From Candidatus Latescibacterota bacterium (GTDB lineage Bacteria > Latescibacterota > UBA2968 > GCA-2709665), in contig OZ241917.1 in NCBI GenBank assembly GCA_965203805.1, forward strand, positions 5,760,001 to 5,824,000: DNA of 64,000 bases, written 5' to 3'. The notes below the pieces were generated by a model. It was not told the origin of the DNA. It worked only from the letters and a program-made list of their open reading frames with translations, and ran no database searches. Positions within the stretch are counted from its first letter, which is position 1. Each line of letters starts with the position of its first letter. Both the position numbers and the translations under genes were made by a program. This document shows, piece by piece, positions 37,527 through 47,328 of this stretch.

Positions 37527-39494
37527 CTACCAGTCGTTGAGCTTGTGGCCGTCTCCGTTGAACCAGATAACGTCCGCGACGACCCCCAGACCCACGCCGA
37601 CGAGATATCCCATGAACATGCCCAGAAAGAGGGGTGTCAGGCGTCTGTAGCTGTTGAGGCCGCCGAATCTCATGATAAGGGCTTTGGTGAACCACGCGAT
37701 GAAGATGGAGGTGACGCTGCTTCTGAGCACGTTGGAGGCGGAAATGGTGAATCCGATGGGATGGATGGGGAATCCCGGAAAGCGGTATCGCAGAAAGACG
37801 AGGAGGCCGGTGAACGCGGCGCCGATGCCGAAGAACCCGACGCGGTCCCAGCTTGTGCCGGCCGTCCCCTGCTGGATGCGGGCGGCCGTATATCGCCAGA
37901 TGCCAACGGCGCCGTCACCGGAGCCGTTGAAGCTGACCACGCCGAAGTTGTAGCTGCCCACGCCGTAATAGCCGTGGTAGAGAATGAAGGCGATCACCGA
38001 AAGGGCGCCGCCAAGGGCGCCCAGAAGAACGCCGGGCGCCAGCAGCCGCCGGCGTTCGGGCCGCATGGCCACGCCCAGCCTGGGGACGTGGGCCAGGGCG
38101 GTGATCGCCCAGGTCTTTGCGTCGCAGAAAAAGGTGTAGGTCAGGCCCAGGGCAACCGCGCTGTGCGGACCCATTCCGGAAATGCCGAAAAGGTGCCACG
38201 TAAACGCCTGCGCCGTAATGGGGCCGCGCAGATACACGAGGCCGCTTTCCACGATAATGCGCGCCAGACCCAGGTAGAGCGCGAGGGTGGCGAACCAAAA
38301 AGCGATCAGGGGGCCGGCGGCCATCCCGGCGCGGAAGAGCCACACGAGCAGGTACGCACATCCGGCCAGGAGCAGATATACCGCCGTGCGGTAGGAGATG
38401 AGTTCGTTTGAGTCGTCGACGTCGTCGACCGCGCCCGGTCGTCGGGTGCCCGCCGCGCGCGCAAAGGCCTTCCTGAATACCGCGGCCAGGTGGCTCCGGG
38501 CAACCCAGAGGCCCCAGCCCGCAAAAACACTGAGACCGCCGAAGCTCTGCCAGCCGATGGCGGGATCGAACGAGCACCACATATCAGAACCGCCGATACT
38601 GAAGCCCAGGCGGTTGAAGACGCCCACCTGCAGGATGGCCAGAAGGTGGAAGAGCCAGATGCTGAACAGGACGCTGGATTCGGTGAAGTACGCGAACGCG
38701 ATCGTCATCGGATGGATGGAGAATGCAAAGTAGGGAAAACCTTCGCCGATCCGGATCACCTTGCGGCTGAGGACCGTCATGGGTACGTCCAGGACGGGTA
38801 TGGCCCTGACGAACCAGGTCGCGATATTCCAGCAGAAGATGGCGACGACCAGCCAGAAACCGAACCGGAACAGGCGCGACCGGACCAGGGTGGCCAGACT
38901 GCGCCCGGAACCGGAGTCGCCGGTGAGCTCCAGGACGGCGGTGGCGATCGGGAACGTGAGGCGTTCGTTGTCCATCCACTGTTTGCGGAGGATGACGACC
39001 AGGCAGAAGCTGACGGTAAGCACCGAACCGAGGAATCCGCCCCACCAGAAAACCGGCGCCGCCCAGGCGCTCCAGGGGAATTCCTGGCCCTTGAACAGAC
39101 TCTCGTAGAAGCCGGTTGCGGCCCCCGGATCCGCGACGATGGTCCAGGAGGGAACCCTGGAGAGCAGGTGTTCGGCCCATTGATTCTCGGGTGTCGCAAA
39201 ATAGGTGGGCGCCGTAACCACGCCCAGCAGGTATCCCGAAAGCCACTCTCCCTGCATGGTCGCCGCGACCATTCCGATACAGCAGATGGACACCAATTCC
39301 GAGGCCGACAGGCCGCGTCCGCGACGATAGAGGGGCAGATTGAGTGCGAGCAGGCAAATGAAGGGTATCAGCAGGGCTACCGACAGGTGCGCATAGTCGG
39401 CGCGCGAGGAATGCGCGATGAGGCTGGAGTAGGTGGGCCAGAGGTTGACCCAGACGGCCATGGACAGGCCGACGAGGAGCGCGCGCAGCGTCAT
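37527..39494 (-). CDS. DUF6785-type polytopic membrane protein (putative transporter)
   Basis: ILRKQW.DNERL.FPI, F.IHPIG, RFGG...YRR..PLF.G; many TM helices. Confidence 0.7.
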   Translation of the reverse strand: MTLRALLVGLSMAVWVNLWPTYSSLIAHSSRADYAHLSVALLIPFICLLALNLPLYRRGRGLSASELVSICCIGMVAATMQGEWLSGYLLGVVTAPTYFATPENQWAEHLLSRVPSWTIVADPGAATGFYESLFKGQEFPWSAWAAPVFWWGGFLGSVLTVSFCLVVILRKQWMDNERLTFPIATAVLELTGDSGSGRSLATLVRSRLFRFGFWLVVAIFCWNIATWFVRAIPVLDVPMTVLSRKVIRIGEGFPYFAFSIHPMTIAFAYFTESSVLFSIWLFHLLAILQVGVFNRLGFSIGGSDMWCSFDPAIGWQSFGGLSVFAGWGLWVARSHLAAVFRKAFARAAGTRRPGAVDDVDDSNELISYRTAVYLLLAGCAYLLVWLFRAGMAAGPLIAFWFATLALYLGLARIIVESGLVYLRGPITAQAFTWHLFGISGMGPHSAVALGLTYTFFCDAKTWAITALAHVPRLGVAMRPERRRLLAPGVLLGALGGALSVIAFILYHGYYGVGSYNFGVVSFNGSGDGAVGIWRYTAARIQQGTAGTSWDRVGFFGIGAAFTGLLVFLRYRFPGFPIHPIGFTISASNVLRSSVTSIFIAWFTKALIMRFGGLNSYRRLTPLFLGMFMGYLVGVGLGVVADVIWFNGDGHKLNDW

Positions 39495-39586
39495 GATGTC
39501 CGCCGTCGGATGTCGGTACGCGGTGGGGCCGAACCTGATGGTGCGGTCGGCGCTCGACTTCGGTTCATGTCGATACGGGGTTGGGT

Positions 39587-40639
39587 CTACAGACTTCCGG
39601 ACACCGCAATCTTGATGGCGTCCTTTCCGTCCAGGCGATAGCTGCCGGCCAATGCGTTGAAGCCTTCGGGCACGCGGTCCAGCGGGATGGTGTGGCTGAC
39701 CATATCCGCAAAGGGGAACTCGTTTCTCTCCAGGATGGGAAGGCCGCGCACGAAGTGTTCCGCGTAACTCGCCCAGACCGCTTCGAAACGCAGGTTCTTG
39801 CGCATGAACATCCGATTGGGATTGCATTCGAAGGAACCGACGTCGACGAAATGGCCCATTTCGACGTAGGTGCCGTCCTGCCGGAGATAATCCAGACCCT
39901 CAGGGATGGCTTGCAGAAAGCCCGCGCACTCGAAGACGACGTCGGCGCCGGCCCCCTTCGGCGTGGCGTCCCGAACCATTCGCTTGCGTTCTTCCGGGTC
40001 CGGGACGTCGGCGATGTCGACCGTGACGTCCGCGCCGATTTCCCGTGCGAGCGCCAGGCGTCCCGGGGGGCCGCCGACCATGATCAGCCGGCCGGCGCCG
40101 CTGACCTTCGCGCAGATGAGGGTGACAAGGCCGATGGCGCCGGAACCCTGAACGACGACGGTGTCTCCGAATTGGATCCCCGCCCGCATAACGCCGTGTA
40201 CGCCGATCGTGAAGGGCTCGAGCAGAACGGCGACCTCGGCCGGCAGATCGGTCTTGAAGAAAACGGTCTCCGGATTCCAGAGATAGATGTACTCGGCAAA
40301 GCCGCCGCGCAGATAGGGCTGCTCTCCGGCAGGGATGAATCCGTACGCGCCATCAGACGTTCCCGGCACCAGGGCGATCCGGTCGCCGGGTCTGACGGGA
40401 CGTCCCAGGTAATCGTGGGTCACGCCGTCGCCAAGCGTGTCGACGATCCCCACGTTCTCGTGCCCCAGAATAATCTCGTCGTCCAATCTCTGGTATTCCC
40501 AGTTGTGCAGGTCGGTGCCGCAGATGCCGGCGAGTTCCTGTCTCAACAGGACCGTTCCGGGCGCCGGTTCCGGTACGGGGTACTCCCGGACTTCAAATCG
40601 TTCGCCGACCACGACCGAGGCGCGACCGGTTCGGGGCAT
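39587..40639 (-). CDS. Zinc-binding alcohol dehydrogenase family protein
   Basis: GICGTD.H, LGHE..G, GSGAIGL, DVVFECAG. Confidence 0.9.
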   Translation of the reverse strand: MPRTGRASVVVGERFEVREYPVPEPAPGTVLLRQELAGICGTDLHNWEYQRLDDEIILGHENVGIVDTLGDGVTHDYLGRPVRPGDRIALVPGTSDGAYGFIPAGEQPYLRGGFAEYIYLWNPETVFFKTDLPAEVAVLLEPFTIGVHGVMRAGIQFGDTVVVQGSGAIGLVTLICAKVSGAGRLIMVGGPPGRLALAREIGADVTVDIADVPDPEERKRMVRDATPKGAGADVVFECAGFLQAIPEGLDYLRQDGTYVEMGHFVDVGSFECNPNRMFMRKNLRFEAVWASYAEHFVRGLPILERNEFPFADMVSHTIPLDRVPEGFNALAGSYRLDGKDAIKIAVSGSL

Positions 40640-40660
40640 AGGAAAATCCCTCCCTCCAGA

Positions 40661-40864
40661 CAGCCCGTTGATAAAGTCCATCCGGTCTGCGTCCGGCCCT
40701 TGTGACCGAAATACGGCGTTGCGCTCCCTCCCCGAATCCAGGGATTCGCGTCGGTCGCCTGCCTGTGCGTGTCCGCACGCAGACAGGCGCGCCTTGTCTT
40801 CGGCCACAATCACTCGGCCACAATCACTCGGCCTCGCCTGCAGAGCGACTCTTCCAACGGACTG
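40661..40864. mobile_element. MITE-like element carrying a 30 bp palindrome
   Basis: Terminal inverted repeats CAGCCCGTTG...CAACGGACTG; inverted related copy at 52360-52493; palindrome at 40758-40787. Confidence 0.65.
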
Positions 40865-40875
40865 CTAAGAACGTG

Positions 40876-41676
40876 TCAGGATTGCGCGAAGAAACAGATG
40901 TTCGGGACGTTGTCAATACTGCCCATTTCGTAGGCGTATCTGCAAAAAAGATCCAGACCCTCCTGTTCGGCCCGGCCGAAGTCATAATGGATCCTGTTGC
41001 TCAGGTAGTCCTCGTAGAACCTGCCCGAACCGGCGCGTGGCGACGCATGGTTCGCTGCGATACCGGGAATTTCCCGCACACCCAGTGCTTTGGCCCGGAT
41101 CAGTTGCCGGGTCTGATCCGGACGCAGTGCGCCCGCCCGTCCCGTCCAGCAGGCGTAGACAAACGGAAGCCCCGTAAGCCGGGTCCAGGCTTCACCGAGG
41201 TCCATCACGCGGTAAGGCGCGGTATCGAGAGCCAGCGCCGCGTCTCCGATGATGACGGCGGCATCGGCATGATCGAGCATGCGCACAGCGTCGGGGAGAT
41301 GGTGGAAGGCCTCGGGTTCGCATCGGAATTGTTTCTTAAGGACAATACGGCTGAGGACGGTGGACGTCCGGGAATTGACGTCAAGCGCCAGCGTCCGGAT
41401 ATCGGCAGGGTCTCTCCGGTGCAGAAGCAGTACGCTTCGCACCCGGCCCCGGGAAGAGATACTCACTTCGGGGACGACGCTGTATGGGTCCGGGCCGCGT
41501 GCGATTTCGATGGAGGGGATAAGCGCGACGTCGGTTTCGCGGCCGTGAAGACGTTCCGCACAGCGGGATGGCACGTCGTAGACGAAATCGAAGCGGTGTT
41601 CGATGCGGCCGGTTTCCAGGGCGTGCACCAGCGGATGGGTGTTCAGGAAAGAGACGACACCGAGGCGGGTTGTCAT
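40876..41676 (-). CDS. mqnA: Chorismate dehydratase (futalosine pathway)
   Basis: V.FLN..PL, G.V.SV, SRTS..L, IIGD.AL, DLG.AW...TGLPFV.A.W. Confidence 0.93.
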   Translation of the reverse strand: MTTRLGVVSFLNTHPLVHALETGRIEHRFDFVYDVPSRCAERLHGRETDVALIPSIEIARGPDPYSVVPEVSISSRGRVRSVLLLHRRDPADIRTLALDVNSRTSTVLSRIVLKKQFRCEPEAFHHLPDAVRMLDHADAAVIIGDAALALDTAPYRVMDLGEAWTRLTGLPFVYACWTGRAGALRPDQTRQLIRAKALGVREIPGIAANHASPRAGSGRFYEDYLSNRIHYDFGRAEQEGLDLFCRYAYEMGSIDNVPNICFFAQS

Positions 41677-41687
41677 TCGCGCGGCTT

Positions 41688-42803
41688 TCAGTTCACCATT
41701 TCGTACCGGGTGTTTCGTCTCGCCGGCCGGTAGCCGGCGTCCCGGATGAGGCGCAGCATGGCGCCAGGACTCATTTCGTCAGTGTGGCTTGTACCCGCGG
41801 CGGAGACGACGTTCTCCTCCATCATGGTGCTCCCGAAGTCGTTGACGCCGTATTTGAGCCCGACCTGGGCGATCTTGGGGCCCTGCGTTACCCACGACGC
41901 CTGGAAACTCGGAATATTGTCCAGGAACAGCCGGGAGACCGCAATGGTGCGGAGGTAGTCGTAGCCGGTGGCTTTCCTCCCGTTCCAGCGGGCATTGTCC
42001 GCGGCCAGATCGGTGTCGTCCGGCTGAAAATTCCACGCAATGAAGGCGGTCATGCCGCCCGTGTCGTCCTGGAGGTCCCGGATGTGTTTCAGGTGTTCGA
42101 GGCGCTGCTCGACGGATTCGACGTGGCCGTACATCATTGTGGCGGTGGTGTGCATGCCGAGTTCGTGCGCGGCGCGGTGTACCGCCAGCCATTCGTGCAC
42201 GCGGTCCTTGCGGAAGCCGATGACGTCGCGGACCTCGTCCGAGAGAATTTCGGCGCCGGCGCCGGGAATGGAATCCAGACCGGCGTCCCGCAGGCGGCGG
42301 ATACAGTCGGGGATGGACAGCCGCGAGATGTGCGCCACGTAGATGATCTCCGTGGCCGAAAGGCAGTGCTGGTGGACGGACGGATATCGTTCCCGGATAC
42401 TGGAGAAGAGATCTTCATAGTAGTCGATGCGCAGTTTTGGATTCAGGCCGCCCTGCATGAGAATTTCGTTCGATTTGGGGGCCTGCCCGCCCGCGGCGAC
42501 CAGTTCGTCGATTTTCCGAAAGATCTGTTCGTGCGGCAGGACGTACCCCTCGGCGGACCCCGGCGGGCGGTAGAACGCGCAGAAGTCGCAGCGCACCCAG
42601 CAGACGTTGGTGTAGTTGATGTTCCGGCCGACATTGTAGGTCACCACGTCTTCCGGCCATCTGCGCCTGCGTACCGTATCCGCAAGCATGCCCAGCTCCG
42701 TGACGTTGGGATGCGCCATCAGCCGCCGGGCGTCTTCCATCGTGATACGCGCTTCTGCGTGGATCTTCTCAGCGATATCATCGATCATCGATCGGTTCTC
42801 CAT
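41688..42803 (-). CDS. mqnC: Cyclic dehypoxanthine futalosine synthase (radical SAM)
   Basis: NINYTNVC...C.FCAFYR, QGG, SIPGAGAEIL, QASWVTQG, GVNDFGSTMMEENVV; start uncertain. Confidence 0.92.
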   Translation of the reverse strand: MENRSMIDDIAEKIHAEARITMEDARRLMAHPNVTELGMLADTVRRRRWPEDVVTYNVGRNINYTNVCWVRCDFCAFYRPPGSAEGYVLPHEQIFRKIDELVAAGGQAPKSNEILMQGGLNPKLRIDYYEDLFSSIRERYPSVHQHCLSATEIIYVAHISRLSIPDCIRRLRDAGLDSIPGAGAEILSDEVRDVIGFRKDRVHEWLAVHRAAHELGMHTTATMMYGHVESVEQRLEHLKHIRDLQDDTGGMTAFIAWNFQPDDTDLAADNARWNGRKATGYDYLRTIAVSRLFLDNIPSFQASWVTQGPKIAQVGLKYGVNDFGSTMMEENVVSAAGTSHTDEMSPGAMLRLIRDAGYRPARRNTRYEMVN

Positions 42804-42884
42804 GTCGTATGTCTCTTTGCCCTTGCTCGCGATGACGATTCTCCCGAGCGGACGCAGTAGCGATGCGACGACCGTCAACGTGTT

Positions 42885-44036
42885 TCATGACAACACTGGC
42901 ATTTCACCGGGGACGGCAACGGGTTCCTCGTCTTCCGGGATCTCACGTTCCGTGCGGACCCGGTTATAGAGATTGTCGCGTTCCGCGGGCTCGCGCCCGG
43001 CTTCAACGATGCGTTCCACGAGTTGGCTACGGGTGAGCACCTGCCGGGTCTCCTCGTACGTGCGCCTTGTGATTTCGTATTCCTGAATCGTGCCGTCGAT
43101 GTCGTCCGCCCCGTACCAGAGCGCCACCTGAGAAATTTCGATGGTGTTCATGATCCAGAACGACTTGATATGCGGGAAATTGTCCAGCATCAGCCGGGCG
43201 ACCGCGATTTCGCGCAGGTCGGCCTCGCCCGTAGGGGCCGGCAGGTCTTCCAGTTCGGTTCGTTCAGGGTGGAAGGAAAGCGGAATGTAGGCCAGAAAAC
43301 CGCCGGTCTCGTCCTGAAGCTCTCTCAGGCTGACCAGGTGCTGGACCCGTTCGTCCGGATTCTCGATGTGGCCGTAGAGCATCGTGGCATTGGTGGGCAG
43401 GCCCACTTCGTGCGCGGTGCGGGCAACCCGCATCCATTCGTCGGAGTCGGCCTTGGTCCAGAACATCTCCGCCTGCACCCGATCGCTGAAGACTTCCGCG
43501 CCGCCGCCGGGGATCGACGACACCCCGGCAGCCTTGAGTTCCACCATCACTTCCCTGAGCGGTTTTTTTGCGATTCTGGCGATCTGCACCCACTCGATGG
43601 CCGTAAAGGCCTTAACGGCAACCTCCGGGCGGACGTCCTTGACGGCGTGAACGATGTCGATATAGTACGAATAGGGCAGCTTGGGATTGATTCCCGCGAC
43701 CATATGGATTTCGGTTATGGGAATGTGCAGATACTGCCTGACGCGCTCCTGAACGTCTTCGGGCGAAAGGACGTATCCCCGACCGTCTTTCGGCGGGACG
43801 TAAAAGGAGCAGAATCTGCAGAGCTTGTTGCAGATGTTGGTATAGTTGATATGCTGATTGCGCACGTACCAGGCCACGTTGCCGCAATGACGTTCGCGTA
43901 CGATGTTGGCCATGTACCCCACCGCGTTGAGATGCGGCGAATCGTAAAGCCGCAACCCTTCGTCGGCGGAAAGCCTTTCGCCGGCAATGACCTTCCTGTA
44001 AATGTCGTCAAGCTGGTTCGGAATCTTCGGTTTCAC
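42885..44036 (-). CDS. mqnE: Aminofutalosine synthase (radical SAM)
   Basis: HINYTNIC...C.FCSF, KAFTA.E, NATMLYGHIE, NFPHIKSFWIM, GADDIDGT. Confidence 0.92.
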   Translation of the reverse strand: MKPKIPNQLDDIYRKVIAGERLSADEGLRLYDSPHLNAVGYMANIVRERHCGNVAWYVRNQHINYTNICNKLCRFCSFYVPPKDGRGYVLSPEDVQERVRQYLHIPITEIHMVAGINPKLPYSYYIDIVHAVKDVRPEVAVKAFTAIEWVQIARIAKKPLREVMVELKAAGVSSIPGGGAEVFSDRVQAEMFWTKADSDEWMRVARTAHEVGLPTNATMLYGHIENPDERVQHLVSLRELQDETGGFLAYIPLSFHPERTELEDLPAPTGEADLREIAVARLMLDNFPHIKSFWIMNTIEISQVALWYGADDIDGTIQEYEITRRTYEETRQVLTRSQLVERIVEAGREPAERDNLYNRVRTEREIPEDEEPVAVPGEMPVLS

Positions 44037-44089
44037 CGGGGAGTCCTTCCCTTTGTGGCAGCCGGCGGCGACCCGTGGTATGCGCGCCT

Positions 44090-45790
44090 TCAGTTCCGGC
44101 TCAGCAATTCGCGGGCGTGTTCCATGGTAAGCGCCGATATTTTTTCTCCACCGAGCAACTTGGCGATTTCGCGCGCCCGTTCATCGTCGCCGAGGCGGGC
44201 CACCCGGGTGACGGTGCGCCCGTTCGTTACGGCCTTGTGCACGGCAAGGTGGGTATCCGCCTTTCTGGCAATCTGTGGGAGATGCGTAATGCAGATGGTC
44301 TGGCGCGCGCAAGACAGGCCCTTGAGCTTCCTGCCCACCACGTCGGCGATTCGTCCGGAAATGCCGATATCGATTTCGTCGAAGATGAGGACCTGTACCG
44401 GATCGGTTTGGGAGAGCACGGATTTGAGCGCCAGCATGATCCGGGACACCTCTCCGCCGGAAGCCACCCTGGCCAGCGGCCTGAGGGCCTCGCCGGGGTT
44501 CGTGGATATGTGGAATTCCACGCGCTCGATGCCCTTCGGGCCGACGCGAAACCGCCGGTTTTCCACGGTTACCCAACCGTCGGGGGACTCGTCCCGGATC
44601 AGCTCAACGTGGAATTCAGCTCGCGGAATCCCCAGGTCGCCGAGCGCGTCCATCGTTGCGCGCGCCAGGTCTCGCGCGGCGGCTTCGCGCGCTCCGGAAA
44701 GCCGGGCGCACAGGTCCGCCAGGCCGGCGCGGGCGGCGTCGATTTCTCCTTCCACCTCGGCCAGCGAACGGTCCAGACGCTCCGATTGCGCCAGTTCCTT
44801 CTCCGCGTCCTCACGATACTCGAGCACCGTTTCCAGGCTGCCGCCGTATTTCTTCTTCAGGTGCGCCAGGTCGTCCAGGCGACCGGTGACTTCCGCCAGG
44901 CGTTCCGGGTTGTGCTCGACGCTTCGTGCATAGTCCGAAAAGAAACGGGCCAGTTCTTCGATGGCATAGCGCTGGGCGGTCACTTCATCGGCTTGAAGGC
45001 GGAGCGATTCGTCCATCTGCACGGCGTCTTTCAGGAGCTGTTCTGCCGCGCCCAGGCGATCCACGATGGAGTCGTCGCCCTGATAGAGCAGGGCTTCCAG
45101 GCTGACGGCGGTTTCGATCAGTCGTTCGGCGTGGGTGAGCAGCGATCGTTCCTGAAAAAGCCGCTCGTCTTCGTCCGGTTCCGGGTCTGCCGCGGCGATT
45201 TCCTCAACCTGAAATTCGAGAAGTTCCCGGCGGTCGCGCATGCGCCGGGCTTCGGCGTCGGCGTTTTCCCGCTTCGCGAGCAGGTCCGCCAGACGACCGT
45301 GGGCGATACCGACCGATTCCCGGAGTTCGCCGAGGCTGCCGAACCCGTCCAGAAAGTCGATATGACGATCCGCATAAAGCAGCGACTGGTGATCGTGTTG
45401 TCCGTGAAGGTCGACCAGGGCCCGGGCCAGGTCGAGCAGCCCCCGGACGGGAACGGCCAGACCGTTGACGAAACAGCGGCTGCGACCGTTCGCGGTGACC
45501 TCCCGGCGGATGATGAGTTCACCGTGCTCGGCCTCGATGCCCATGGCGTCCAGAAGCGGCAGACAGCGGTGATCGGGCTGCAGCTGGAAAATGGCCTCGA
45601 CGAGACACCGTTTCTCGCTCGTCCGGATCACGTCCGCGCTCGCCCGCGTTCCGAGAACCAGACCCAGGGCGCCGATGAGGATGGATTTGCCCGCGCCGGT
45701 TTCACCCGTAATGATGTTCAGCCCGGGTCCGAATTCGATTTCAACTCTGTCGATCAACGCGTAGTTGACGACCAGCAGGCGGCAGAGCAC
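44090..45790 (-). CDS. recN: DNA repair protein RecN
   Basis: TGETGAGKS, HGQHDHQ, ASGGEVSRIMLA, IFDEID.G, ITHLPQIA. Confidence 0.96.
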   Translation of the reverse strand: MLCRLLVVNYALIDRVEIEFGPGLNIITGETGAGKSILIGALGLVLGTRASADVIRTSEKRCLVEAIFQLQPDHRCLPLLDAMGIEAEHGELIIRREVTANGRSRCFVNGLAVPVRGLLDLARALVDLHGQHDHQSLLYADRHIDFLDGFGSLGELRESVGIAHGRLADLLAKRENADAEARRMRDRRELLEFQVEEIAAADPEPDEDERLFQERSLLTHAERLIETAVSLEALLYQGDDSIVDRLGAAEQLLKDAVQMDESLRLQADEVTAQRYAIEELARFFSDYARSVEHNPERLAEVTGRLDDLAHLKKKYGGSLETVLEYREDAEKELAQSERLDRSLAEVEGEIDAARAGLADLCARLSGAREAAARDLARATMDALGDLGIPRAEFHVELIRDESPDGWVTVENRRFRVGPKGIERVEFHISTNPGEALRPLARVASGGEVSRIMLALKSVLSQTDPVQVLIFDEIDIGISGRIADVVGRKLKGLSCARQTICITHLPQIARKADTHLAVHKAVTNGRTVTRVARLGDDERAREIAKLLGGEKISALTMEHARELLSRN

Positions 45791-45792
45791 GT

Positions 45793-46659
45793 TCAGGACT
45801 CCCGAGTTTCGCGCCGGTCCAGACTCCAGTCCAGTTTTCGACTGAGCAACTGATAGAACGACAGTCCCTGGAGGTTGATCAGGCGGGTCGTATGGGCGGC
45901 CTGTCGGATGTGCACGCGTTCTTCAGGCTGTATAGGTGAGACGATCTTGCCGTCGGCAGTTACCATGATATCGGTGTGTTCGGCGATCACCTGGACGGTG
46001 ATCGACTGACTGTCCGGTACGACGGCGGGACGCAACGATAGCGAGTGCGCGCAGATTGGCGTGACGATGAATGCCCGCAAATCCGGATGGACGATGGGCC
46101 CTCCCGCAGAAAGGCTGTAACTGGTTGATCCCGTTGGGGTTGAAACGATAATGCCGTTCCCGAAAAAGGAGCTGAACGGCGTTTCGGAAATCCAGGACTT
46201 CACCTGGACCAGGCGGGCGAGCACCGCTTTTTCGAATGTGAACTCGTTGAGCGCGAAGAAGGTCCTGTCGCCGATTTCCGCTTCGAGGACCATGCGTTCC
46301 TCGAGCTGGTATTCCCCCCGCCTCAGTCTGCCCAGACTCTCCCGCAACTCTTCTGGCGCGGCCCCGGCCAGAAACCCCAGCCGCCCGAGGTTGACGCCCA
46401 GAATGGGCTTCTGCGAAGCGCCGACCAGGTTGGCCGCGCGCAGAATGGTGCCGTCTCCTCCCAGGGCGACAACGATATCCGAACAACCGGCCAGGTGGGC
46501 GCCGGGCCGGTAAGAGACTCCGCTGGAGACGCAGACTTCCCTTAACGGTTCCTCCAGAATGAGCTCGATGTCCTGGTCCTGCGCGAGCCGCACGAAATTC
46601 TGGATGAGGGGACCGATGCCGTCCCGTTCGGTATATGCAAGAATGCCGATGCGCTTCAT
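45793..46659 (-). CDS. nadK: NAD kinase
   Basis: GGDGTIL, GVN.G.LGFL, ALNE, TPTGST.Y..SAGGP. Confidence 0.95.
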   Translation of the reverse strand: MKRIGILAYTERDGIGPLIQNFVRLAQDQDIELILEEPLREVCVSSGVSYRPGAHLAGCSDIVVALGGDGTILRAANLVGASQKPILGVNLGRLGFLAGAAPEELRESLGRLRRGEYQLEERMVLEAEIGDRTFFALNEFTFEKAVLARLVQVKSWISETPFSSFFGNGIIVSTPTGSTSYSLSAGGPIVHPDLRAFIVTPICAHSLSLRPAVVPDSQSITVQVIAEHTDIMVTADGKIVSPIQPEERVHIRQAAHTTRLINLQGLSFYQLLSRKLDWSLDRRETRES

Positions 46660-46770
46660 GATCAGGATTTACAGGATTTACGGGATTGAGCAGGATTAGA
46701 AACCAAGAGCAGGATCAAAACCGATCAGGATCTACGGGATTGAGCAGGATTTAGATTCCAAGAGCAGGAC
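46660..46770 (+). repeat. Second cluster of 9-nt periodic C(A/G)GGAT repeats
   Basis: caggatttacaggatttacgggattgagcaggatta...caggatctacgggattgagcaggattt. Confidence 0.8.
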
Positions 46771-46988
46771 AAATGCTCACTTTCCGGGCCAAAGCGATGA
46801 ATCTGACCCTGTAGAAGACCGCAGAAGTTCACACTGACCATTCAGATTCTTGGATGCTGTCGTATGAGACTTCGCTGATTGTGACTGAAATACAACCGGT
46901 TATACAATAAGACCACCGGTCGTCGTGGAAAATTCTCTCTGGCTGCAGAAATCAATGTAGCCTGAATTTCCGGATCTCGCAATCGGTG

Positions 46989-47243
46989 TTACGCACCCTG
47001 TTCCGGGGGTTCCGCGTCGGCATCCAGATCGGTCAGCTGAAAGTCGTTCCCGCTTTCTGCCGCGAGGACTTCGACGCGTTGTCTGGCCTCTTCGAGCCGT
47101 GCGCGGCAGTGGTTCGACGCTTTCAGCCCCTCTTCGAAGAGTCGGAGCGCTTCCGCCAGGGGCAGGTTTCCGCCTTCCAGGGTCTCTACCGCGGTCTCGA
47201 GTTTTTTCAGCGCCTCTTCGAAAGTGGATTCTTCTTCGGCCAT
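46989..47243 (-). CDS. xseB: Exodeoxyribonuclease VII small subunit
   Basis: TFEEAL.KLE..V..LE.G..PL.EA..LFEEG. Confidence 0.93.
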   Translation of the reverse strand: MAEEESTFEEALKKLETAVETLEGGNLPLAEALRLFEEGLKASNHCRARLEEARQRVEVLAAESGNDFQLTDLDADAEPPEQGA

Positions 47244-47328
47244 CGGATTCCTCGTGGGTTTGAAGGGCCTGTAATGTTCGAGTACTCGCCCGAACCGCGT
47301 AGCCGTCCGGAGGGAAAGCCGGTGACTC

